From: Octopus bimaculoides
Taxonomy: Eukaryota
Direction of reading: 5' to 3'
Length of the DNA stretch: 42,370 bases
Assembly: GCF_001194135.2 (NCBI RefSeq)
Contig: NC_069005.1
Span: 25,809,309-25,851,678 of the forward strand
Shown piece after piece: positions 33,031-42,370 of the stretch (within the stretch, counting starts at the first letter, position 1; every line of letters begins with the position of its first letter). A program made the translations under genes and the position numbers. The notes beneath the pieces are model-generated. The model was not told the DNA's origin and did no database searches. It was given only the letters and a program-made list of their open reading frames with translations.

Positions 33031-33383
33031 CGTTGGCACTCCGTCGCTTACGACGTTGAGGGTTCCAGTTGATCCGATCAACGGAACAGCCTGCTCGTGA
33101 AATTAATGTGCAAGTGGCTGAGCATTCCACAGACACGTGTACCCTTAACATAGTTCTCGGGGATATTCAGCGTGACACAGGCACAACAGAAACAGGAAGT
33201 AAGAGTGAGAGAAAGTTGTGGTGAAAGAGTACAGCAGGGTTTGCCACCATCCCCTGCCGGAGCCTCGTGGAGTTTTAGGTGTTTTCGCTCAATAAACACT
33301 CACAACGCCCAGTCTGGGAATCGAAACCGCGATCCTATGACTGCGAGTCCGCAGCCCTAACCACTGGGCCATTGCGCCTCCAC
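33031..33383 (-). mobile_element. SINE B with a ~30-bp internal deletion between ACAG microhomologies
   Basis: Perfect 11-bp TSD TGTGAAGAAGT (33020-33030, 33384-33394). Confidence 0.92.
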
Positions 33384-33599
33384 TGTGAAGAAGTAAATAG
33401 CAGTAAAAGTGCACATTAAATAAATTTTAAATTCAGTTGCCGAAACGTTGTGTTGACAACAAACAAGATGAGGACAAATATCCGTCAAATGTAAATAATG
33501 TAAATTTTAAATTGTTCCAAAGGCTTCCGAAAAGATAATTACCAAAATGAATTAGGCAGTGGAGGTAGGTGTTTCAAAACTATTGTAGCCCATCGTGTG

Positions 33600-33775
33600 T
33601 GTGTATGTGTGTGTGTGTGTCCTACCACCACCCACTTGACAACCAGTGTTGGTGTGTTTACATCTCCATAACTTAGAGGTTTAGCAAGGGGGACTGGTTG
33701 ATTTGTTCAACTAAAGGCGGTGCTCCAGCATGGCCACAGTCAAATGACAAACAAATAAAAGACTAAAAGAGTATA
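33600..33775 (+). mobile_element. SINE family C, 3' part
   Basis: TTGACAACC...GGTGTGTTTAC...AAAGGCGGTGCTCCAGCATGGCCACAGTC. Confidence 0.8.
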
Positions 33776-33984
33776 TAAATGTATAGTTGAAATTTAGAGG
33801 AAAAACAAAAGACAAAGACAGGTGTATGAACAACAAGCAGATGTATTAGTTTATTTCACCATGTGTTTACTCCAGCTACAGCTGAACAACAAGAAGACCA
33901 ACAGCCACTCCTCAAAAGTAGCATAATTGGTGAACTTCTAAACTGCACAATAAGCAGTCCGTCACAGTCCAACTATTTCATTTA

Positions 33985-35070
33985 CCCACAATACCAAAAC
34001 TGATCTACTACTACTACTGCTATCATAGGCATTACTTGATGCGGATAATCATGAGGATCACTTCAGGGACGCTTTATTACTCATAAGTCAAACCCTAAGT
34101 GCTGCCAGTCCACACGCCAATGTACTTTTAACAGGGGACTTCAATTTTCCTAATTTCAACTGGCCTGAGGAACTACAAAACTAAACAGGAGAGACATGAA
34201 TGCTCTTTTCGACATCACAAAAGCCATTCTCATGCAACAAAACATCACCTATCCAACTAGGGATACCATCACACTCCAAAATGCCCTAAACATCATTTGG
34301 TGGTTAAAAATATGAAATTTAATACATCAAAATTTCAGGCCCTTTATTATGAAGTGAATAGACACAAATCCCAATATTTGGCGCCAGATAATACAATGGT
34401 TCAGAGCACTGACGACATACGGGATTTAGGAATAATCATGTCAAATGATGCATTTTTCATCTGTCACATCAACAAACTGACCTCTAAATGCAGACATCTC
34501 ATAGGATGGATCCTACGAACCTTCACAACAAGAGAACCAGTAGTTATGCTAACTCTATGGAAAACCTTAGTTCTGAGCAGATTAGATTACTGCTCACAGC
34601 TTTGGTCTCATAGAAGAAATTGAAGGGTTACAAAGAACATTCACCAGTAAAATAACTTCGGTGAATGGCCTTAATTACAGGGAACGCCTGAAAGCTCTGC
34701 GTCTCTACTCTCTTGAACGCCGAAGAGATATACTATTATATACGTATGGAAGATCCTGGAGGGGCATGTTCCTACCATCAGCATCAAAGCGAACTTTAAT
34801 GCTCGAACTGGTAGGTACTGTCAGCTTCCAAACAAACCACCTTCACACACACGAGCAAAAACACTCTACTGTATCAGTCTAAGAGTCAGAAGTCCTCAAG
34901 TATTCAACTGCTTACTCAAAGAGATTAGAAATATTAAAAGAGACCTCTACTGAAACTTTCAAAGAAGCATTGGATGAACTCCTAACAACGATACCAGACC
35001 AACCAGTAATTCAAGGATACACTCAGAGAAGATAAGCAACTACAAACTCAATCATCGAACAACTTTCAAT
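33985..35070 (+). mobile_element. CR1-group LINE remnant (APE fragment, internal deletion, post-RT C-terminus)
   Basis: LLTGDFNFP, MKFNTSKFQ, RDLGIIMS, WILRTF, LVLSRLDYCSQLWS, LNYRERLKAL.LYSLERRR and TIPDQP. Confidence 0.9.
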
Positions 35071-35170
35071 CATAAAGCGACAAAGAAAAAAAAAATTTAT
35101 GGCGGTGCTCCAGTATGACCACAGTCCAGCAACTGAAACCATTGAAAGCATAAAAGATTAGAAGAAAGAA

Positions 35171-35503
35171 GATATAATAAGACAAGGTATAAATAACAGT
35201 CATTATATATTTTTATGGTAGTAACTTTGACTTACAGTCGTTTCCAGTAGTCATAGGTTCGTTATTGATAGGCTTACTCAATCAGCCTATTGATTAGTTG
35301 AGAAGAAGTGAACGACCTTAAACATTAATGCTACTTTAGTCGATTTCTGGTTGTTTCATTTTCCTCAACCAATCGACAGGCTAATTGAGTAAACCTGTCA
35401 GTAACAAACCTAAAATGATTACTGGAAACAGCTGTAAGTCAAATTTACTACAATGAAGAAAAAAATATGTAATGGCCATTATTTATACCTTGTCTTGTAT
35501 ATC
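35171..35503. mobile_element. Foldback MITE with ~135-bp imperfect inverted arms
   Basis: Left GATATAATAAGACAAGGTATAA...GTTTCCAGTA...TTACTCAAT.AGCCT pairs with the reverse complement of 35363-35503. No TSD seen. Confidence 0.8.
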
Positions 35504-36828
35504 ACTGTAAAAAAACCAGTATAATTGGAACACAACTACGGTTTTACAATATGGAATGGTAATGAATCTTGGGCCCCATCACAAGAATACATAGAGTTCT
35601 TTAATAATCCAAATAAAATTGCCAGCCTGGTATACTAACAGAGAGCTTATAAAGTGTTTTGTGCTGATTGATAATCCCTCACTAATAACTAAATATATAT
35701 ACACACACACACACTTCAATTTGTATAGAAAGCTTTGTCCGATTGTGGTTTGGAACCTGTTGAAACTTGTTTATAAAAGCTGCAAATATCAGTGGCAAAT
35801 CATTGATGTATAATCCTTTTAGGAAGAGTTAATAATTTCTCGATGAAGAGCAGAGCAACAACCTTAGTTTAGGTGTATTAATTTTTTTCTATATGATAAA
35901 CCTATCATGGGATAAAAGCAAAGAACATATTTATCACAATATGCTTTACAAGATTTGTCCAAAGCCGTAATATAAATGAAGCAACCGTAATGTTCAAAAG
36001 GCTTATTGTTAAGATGCAATGAATAAAAGAAGTTGCAGACATAGCAACTTCAATTTGTTTGATGAGCCTAAAATCAAGATTTCCTTTTGAATTGGATGAT
36101 GAAATACTAGAGACAACATGTGTCAGGAATCCTGTGATAGGGAGAGATATATTTCCACTGAATTTAATGCTAGCATTATGACCATTTCAAATCATTTGCT
36201 AGATTCAGTTTCAAAGTGGTGGGGGAAAATGGGCTCCTTGTGTTTTTTGCAACATTGTACTATTGACACGTAACCTTTGCAGCACTATTTTAAAATTAGA
36301 TGAGTAGATTATTTACGCCACTTAGAAGCAAATAGAGGTTGATAATGGGAAGGTTATCAGGTTCTCCTTGATGACCGAGCAGCAGCTGGAACGTTTCATG
36401 AAAACAGCTGGAAGCGAACAGGCTGTAAGAACAAGGCTTTTTTGCATGTCATGCAATCTTTGGATGTCGTGTCGAGAAACTTCAGATGTGTGACAATATT
36501 GAGAAGAAAGGGAGGGACAAAGTTGAGAAGGTGGTGAAGGTGAATTGTGCAACGTGGAGTGTCTGGGGCTGGCCGACATTATAAGGGGTGATTGGGAAGA
36601 GAAAATGTGAGGGAAAAGGGAGAGAAAAGGAGCAACTGACTGGGATGACGAGGAATCTTGAGTCATCCATTAAAGGAAACAAAGGTGTGAATGGGGGGGG
36701 GTCATGCTGGTAATTCAAAGGAGGGGGGACAAAAAAGGACAGCTGGGATGTTGAGGAAGCAGAGAAGGTGTTAGGAAGAGGGCTGTAAAGGGGGAGGGGG
36801 CAGAGTGACAAGTAGATACTGGAAGATA

Positions 36829-36868
36829 TTGTTGTTGTTGGCACTCCGTTGCTTACGATGTCGAGGGT
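36829..36868 (-). mobile_element. Very short SINE B 3'-end insertion
   Basis: (TTG)n-GCACTCCGTTGCTTACGATGTCGAGGG. Confidence 0.8.
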
Positions 36869-36909
36869 GGAGAGGTCTTCTGTAGGATGAAATCTTGATA
36901 GACTCTTAC

Positions 36910-37080
36910 CCACAAGCTAAATTCATCAATGAAATTGTTAGATCTTTGTGATTTTCTTCACTGTTTACAATTTTGTTCCAAACGTTTTCAGATTTGGTAA
37001 ATGGATTAAGTTTTATATACTAATTATGAAAATTAGTTTAAGTTTTATATACTAATTAAGAAAATGAAATATAGTTTTCC
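36910..37080 (-). other. Candidate non-coding first exon of SLF1 (5' end approximate)
   Basis: Strong donor TGG|gtaaga at 36910/36909, just downstream of the motif cluster. Exon 1 begins directly after an acceptor, so an upstream UTR exon is required. Confidence 0.3.
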
Positions 37081-37139
37081 TATAAATCTATAATTGAAAA
37101 GTTATTAGCCTTTAAAATTTGCAAAATTTGGATATTTTA

Positions 37140-37284
37140 AGCCAATCAGAAATGATTTATTTTACATTTCACCGTGGCGAAAATTTCTGTTTCCATAGTA
37201 ACTAAAACAAAAGAAGCACCATGTGTTGCATAGTGGATTGTGAAGCACTGTTTCCATAGTAACCAAAGATGCTGCGCGTACGCA
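37140..37284 (-). promoter_or_regulatory. Candidate SLF1 promoter: CCAAT box, E2F-like site, two RFX X-boxes, NRF1-like GC element
   Basis: AGCCAATCAG 37140-37149; TTTTCGCCAC on the minus strand 37174-37183; GTTTCCATAGTAAC 37189-37202 and 37250-37263; TGCGCGTACGCA 37273-37284. Repeat-free and upstream of exon 1. Confidence 0.5.
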
Positions 37285-37677
37285 CAAGGAGACGGAGAAG
37301 GAGATACGAGAAAGATAATTTATTTTATAAAATCCTAGTTGAATGTTTTGACATGCCGATGACCACACACCCACCCCAATGAAGATAGAGGCAGTGAACC
37401 TGCTGTTTTCTGATTGACTGAAAATTCTGAAAATTATCAAAGGCGTAGGAGTGGCTGTGTGGTAAGTAGCTTGCTTACGAACCACATGATCTGACCGGAT
37501 ACCAGCTGTTTGCTTGTTTATACTTTTATTCTATTACACATGTATCAGCTCAACTGAAGCACTGACTNNNNNNNNNNNNNNNNNNNNNNNNNNNNNNNNN
37601 NNNNNNNNNNNNNNNNNNNNNNNNAGTAATTATCGTATGTCGTCAAGCATAATATCACCTGAATTTTATATATGTGT

Positions 37678-37717
<40 letters not shown>

Positions 37718-38017
37718 AAATATACACATTTAGATAAATACAAGAATGTGTGTGTGTGTGTGTGTGCATTTGTTCCACCATCATCTCTTGACAACCAGAG
37801 TTGGTTTGTTTACATCTCCATAACTCAGCAGTTCAGTAAGAGAGACTAATAGAAAAAGTATCTATATTGAGAAAATAAGTACTGCGATTGATTTGTTCAA
37901 AACACTTCAATACAGTGCTCTAGCATGGGCATAGTTCAATGACTGAAACAAGTAAAAAATAAAACATACATGTGATGTGTTTGTGTAAGTGTGTGTTATG
38001 TGTGTGTGTGTATATAT

Positions 38018-38020
<3 letters not shown>

Positions 38021-38114
<94 letters not shown>
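38021..38114. repeat. Long (CA)n microsatellite
   Basis: Read directly; about 47 units between two SINE C fragments. Confidence 0.95.
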
Positions 38115-38116
<2 letters not shown>

Positions 38117-38139
38117 TTTACTTCATCTAAAAGAGATGG

Positions 38140-38470
38140 TTAAGCACTGAAAGTGCACAAAGGGTCTTCTACTATAGACTTGGGCCGAACAAAGCCTTGC
38201 GAGTGGATTTGGAAGATGGAAACTGAAAGAATCCCTCATATATATAAATATCTATGTGTCTGCGTTTGATCCTCAACACTGCTTGAAAACCAGTGTTGGT
38301 TTGTTTATGGCATGCAGTTCAGCAAAAGATGCTGACAGAGTAAGAACAAGGCTTCTTAAAAAAATAAAAATGAAAATAGAGGGTTCAATTCATTTGACTA
38401 AAAATAAAAATTCAAGGTGGTGCCCCACCATGGCCACAGTCTAATAAGTGAAACAAGTAAAGGGAAAAAG
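38140..38470 (+). mobile_element. SINE family C (core and 3' part); further fragments at 37441-37490, 37765-37965, 39095-39230 and 39545-39770
   Basis: Family C core and body motifs. Confidence 0.75.
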
Positions 38471-38539
38471 ATGAACAGAAAGAAAGAATGAAAAACCCCT
38501 AACCCAAACTAGTTAGAGAAATAAAAAAAAAAAATAAAG

Positions 38540-38800
38540 CCGTTTCCCAGGTCACCGAACTTAGAATGGGAAATGTACTGTAGTACTGACAAAATCACGT
38601 GGGAATGTTATTAGTGACAAGGCTAACTATATTATCCAGGAGAAGGAGCGGGAGGGGAGGGTTGCTTTCAGTCTCGTCCATGTCTTAAAGAGCTAGGGCC
38701 ATCTGTCGCAGAAGCAAAGAACTTGTGCATATCCCGGTCAACGAATAACATGTATGTGTTAAACAGGTAATGACATCAGCGAAATCAAGGCGAAACCTCA
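38540..38800. promoter_or_regulatory. Second repeat-free, CpG-enriched promoter-like island, possibly the first exon of a divergent gene
   Basis: CACGTG 38596-38601, TGACATCA 38771-38778, two GCGAAA motifs, plus-strand donor CAG|gtaatg at 38766/38767. Confidence 0.25.
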
Positions 38801-39289
38801 ACAAAGGAAAAACGAGTACAAAGAGAAAGTAATCAAGTGTAATGGGTGGAGGGGGGTTTATTGGGCTGTGGGAGGTGTGTGTACGTGACTATTACAAAGC
38901 TCCAAATGTGTATGTATACCTACATAAATCATATGAAAATGCATACAGATGTCATTCATATAACACCTGTTTACCATCAGGAATCTATAATTAGCTGATG
39001 CAATTCTTGAGAAGAGTACATACATACAGGTGACTGTATATATGTGTGAATGTGTATGTATGCATATATATATATACATACGTGTGTGTGTGTATTCTTT
39101 TATTCTTCTTCATGTTTCAGTCATTTGACTGCGGCCATGCTGGAGCACTGCCTTTAGTCGAACAAATCAACTTAGTACTTATTCTATTGGTCTCATTTGC
39201 CAAACTGCCAAGTTTCAGTCGGAGTCACCCCTGACAAAGACTTGAGTCTTTTATATCATATGTGTATAACTATATACATGTATAAATGT

Positions 39290-39486
39290 ATGTATTTCGC
39301 CATGATAGATCGTGAGCCACTAAACCTTTTTTTATTTTCTCTCCCTGTTTATTTCTGTGCTCCTTTCTGTCGAAGAGCGTCGGCTCGAAATGTAAAAGAC
39401 TTTCTCATTTCCCAAGCATTAAACTAATACATCTGTTTGTTGTTTACACACCTATCTTCATCTTTTGTTTTTTTGTAAATTCTCAT

Positions 39487-39490
<4 letters not shown>
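39290..39490 (+). mobile_element. Penelope-type terminal-repeat fragment with a degenerate minimal hammerhead (39363-39398); related piece on the minus strand at ~33780-33855
   Basis: CTTT-CTGTCGA-A-GAGC-GTCG-GCTC-GAAA-TGT-A-AAAG. Confidence 0.5.
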
Positions 39491-39543
<53 letters not shown>

Positions 39544-39781
39544 GTATTTATTCTTTTACTCTTTTACTTGTTTCAGCAATCTGACCTCGGCCACACTGGA
39601 GCACCACCTTAAAGGGCTTTAGTCAAAGAAATCGATCCCAGGACTTATTCTATCATCTCCTTTGCCAAACCACTAAGTTACAGGGGAAGCAAACACACCA
39701 ACATCAGTTGTCAAGCAATGGTGGGGTGACACACTGACACACAAAATACACACATACATTATATATACATATATATATATA

Positions 39782-40042
39782 AAGTAAAGGTAAAGTTTCC
39801 TTCCTGAGTCACACCAACTCATAAGGGTCAGTTTCAAGGCATATATATATATATATATATTCCCCACTTGAATGAGAAGCCAGTCTGTCGCAGGATTACT
39901 CATTTTTGACAGCTGAGTGAATTGGAGCAATGTGAAATGAAGTGTTTTGCCCAAGAACACAATGCATTGCCCGGTCCAGGAATTGAAACCACAATTTTAT
40001 GATCATGAGTCCAACACCCTAACCACTAAGACACATGCCTCC
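39782..40042 (-). mobile_element. tRNA-derived SINE with a V/CORE-like domain, related to 15625-15968
   Basis: Minus strand GTCTTAGTGGTTAG, GGTTTCAATTCC and TGTGTTCTTGGGCAAAACACTTCATTTC. Confidence 0.82.
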
Positions 40043-40052
40043 ACTTTCTATA

Positions 40053-40087
<35 letters not shown>

Positions 40088-40202
40088 AAACAGACAGACA
40101 GATAAATAGATATGTAAACATACACCAATATGTAATATCTCCTGGAAGATAAATATTACCTTTCTGTATTAATACGGCTTCTGTCATTATTAATTATTTT
40201 TA

Positions 40203-40600
40203 TGACTACTCCCTGGAGCCAAGACAGACGTATGCAGTGATATATCTGTATGGAAGATCCTCGAAGGGCTGGCACCAAACTTTGGTATCAAGAGCTGTAC
40301 CAGCCCCCAGAACTGGATGTCACTGCACAGTTGAAAAAGGGCCTAGCTATCCTGTCTAGAGTGAGGACCATGTACTGCAATAGCTTGGGATTCAAGGACC
40401 CACAGCTATTTAACACCTTGCCAAAACATCTGAGGGATCTTCATGGAGTAGAGGTAGATGTTTTCAAGAAACAACTTCACTTATTATCCAGGGCCACAGA
40501 TGAACCGATATCAAGGAAGGAGACTCCAAAAGAGGGCAGTAGTGTCGCACTCCCTCCTTCACCAAAAGTCAATCATATAAGATTGGCATTCAAAGAATGA
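40203..40600 (+). mobile_element. CR1-group LINE 3' fragment
   Basis: YSLE, WKILEGLAPNFG, QLFNTLPKHLRDL and FKKQL; homologous to 34690-35010. Confidence 0.85.
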
Positions 40601-40696
40601 TTACAATGGCATTGCTCCAGCCTTAGTCCTGAAACACGTAAGATAGAGAAAATACATAGGTATGTGTGTGTGTGTGTGTGTGTGTTATGTGTATAT

Positions 40697-40930
40697 ATCA
40701 TCATCATCATCATCATCATCATCCAGTGTTTTAAATCCGGGTTTTGTCCCCGTTGACAGGTATGGCCAGATCTACCTAAATGCCATAGCAACCGAGGTAG
40801 GCAGGTGCAGCCCACCCCAACCTCTGGGCTGGCTGGCACCCATTTTCCTTTGCTATTATGGGGCTTTTTTGAAGCTGAATTTTCTACAGGAAGCATGCCC
40901 TTGCTTACCCCCAACCTCAGTTTCTAAACA
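40697..40930 (-). mobile_element. Diverged family A-like 3' end
   Basis: (CAT)n tail followed by TTTCTACAGG...CCC...CCAACC. Confidence 0.55.
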
Positions 40931-41249
40931 TGAGTGGTCCCAAAGACCAAGGCCTCCACCACAATTTTTAAGAAATGTGGTGGAAAACTATCTCAGGAAG
41001 GCAGGGACGCTACTCCCTTGAGACCCCTTTCGGAGCCCCCACTACCTATATATATATAGGTAGTGGAAAACTAGACAAATTCAAAGTGTTGAAGCTGTTG
41101 TTTACCTCAATATCAGATTTGATTGAGTTGACATGATCAAAGGGATTTTTTATAAACACTAAATTACGACAGCTAAGTAATCCAACTATAAAATTCTTGC
41201 CACAGAAATTCATCCACATGTCACTGAATTCACAGCATAAATTGTAACG

Positions 41250-41480
41250 GAAAAAACAAATGCATAAGTATCTAAATAGAATTTATCATCCACATATCTT
41301 TGATAAGGTCATTACAAGAAGTCCAACTATAAGCAATTTATACAGTGAAATACATGTAGGCCTAACATCCAACCCTGCTTAACATCAACATCTAGCCTGT
41401 TGCAACTATCTAGAGATTCTTCATCAACATTTTTCTTGTTGAGTATCAGTCACATCAATCAATCATTAATCCAGAAGACT
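41250..41480 (-). mobile_element. Possible LINE RT remnant
   Basis: Minus frame V.VKQGWMLG..VF...RYVDD resembles the RT GV.QG..L and Y.DD motifs. Confidence 0.35.
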
Positions 41481-41579
41481 TGTAATAGCTGTGAGCATAT
41501 TTCTTGTTCAATTGAATAACAAATTGTAAACAAAACAAGAGCGTGCAAGTAACTTTCAGGAAGATAATTTACATGTTAA

Positions 41580-41800
41580 CCCTTTCGTTACTGTATTTAT
41601 TTTGAGATGCTTTGTGTTTCTTTCAATTATTTTAAATATAACAAAAAATTTAGTAAAATAACTTGGTTATCATTAAGCTAGTGTTAGGAACATAAATTGC
41701 GACTAAGGCTTAGTGGTATATTTTAATACAAAACATATGAAATCAAGACATTTGTTCTATGGAGCCAGAGCCGGTTTTGGCCGGGTTGGTAACAAAAGGG
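41580..41800. mobile_element. piggyBac-like MITE (family PB3)
   Basis: TTAA|CCCTTTCGTTAC...GTAACAAAAGGG|TTAA. Confidence 0.85.
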
Positions 41801-42110
41801 TTAAAGACTTGCAAAAGATTTGAAAAACTTCATTCAATAATTGAAAATATAATAAAGAACAAAACAGTAAACAGGACACAAAACTTGCAAACAAATGTCA
41901 GTGGAGAAAACACTGCTTGAAAGAGAATAAAATGAGTAAAAATAGGATGACTGGTGTAATTTTTATACAAAAAAATGAAAGAAATACGAGAATAAACGTA
42001 ATAGTAAATATAACACCTTAAATAAAGATGTCTGCTCTGCATGTAGAAAACAAAACCCAAACAGCTGAATGATTAATGCCAAAAAGTTGAGAACTTAGCA
42101 TGAATCCAAA

Positions 42111-42141
<31 letters not shown>

Positions 42142-42370
42142 CATCATCATCATCATCATCGTTTAACGTCCGCTTTCCATGCTAGCATGGGTTGGACGAT
42201 TTGACTGAGGACTGGTGAAACCGGATGGCAACACCAGGCTCCAATCTAATTTGGCAGAGTTTCTACAGCTGGATGCCCTTCCTAACGCCAACCACTCAGA
42301 GAGTGTAGTGGGTGCTTTTACGTGTCACCCGCACGAAAACGGCCACACTCGAAATGGTGTCTTATGTGCC
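42142..42370 (-). mobile_element. Young family A copy, cut off by the window end
   Basis: Near-identical to 29345-29535; shares an internal shortcut with the copy at 22890-23018. Confidence 0.9.

Noticed and set aside
36340-36500. Coding-looking stretch (MTEQQLERFMKTAGSEQAVR... on the plus strand)
   Set aside because: It is short, with no recognisable homology and no partner exon of consistent phase.

Overview
AT-rich animal genomic DNA packed with microsatellites and SINEs, with six assembly gaps. The repeat landscape suggests a coleoid cephalopod, most likely Octopus (inference). The window holds one recognisable host gene on the minus strand: an SLF1/ANKRD32 (SMC5-SMC6 complex localization factor 1) orthologue. 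I reconstructed 11 coding exons between 31297 and 2223, all with canonical AG/GT sites and consistent phases, giving 1645 nt (548 codons + 1 nt). They encode the N-terminal tandem BRCT, a low-complexity linker and the helical middle region. The ankyrin-repeat part is not in the window and the exon after 2223 is unresolved. A candidate promoter lies at about 37.14-37.28 kb (CCAAT, E2F-like, two RFX X-boxes). The introns hold at least four tRNA-derived SINE families, many RTE LINE 3' ends, CR1 and Tigger remnants, several MITEs (hAT, piggyBac, Tc1, Merlin-like) and minisatellites. The most notable points are an apparent K-to-E change in the BRCT phosphate pocket, a head-to-head tRNA-derived palindrome, a 13/52-bp higher-order minisatellite, tandem X-boxes and a degenerate Penelope-type hammerhead. 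Repeat family names, protein alignments and human SLF1 numbering come from recalled sequences, not database searches. I found no evidence for a wholly new multi-gene system.
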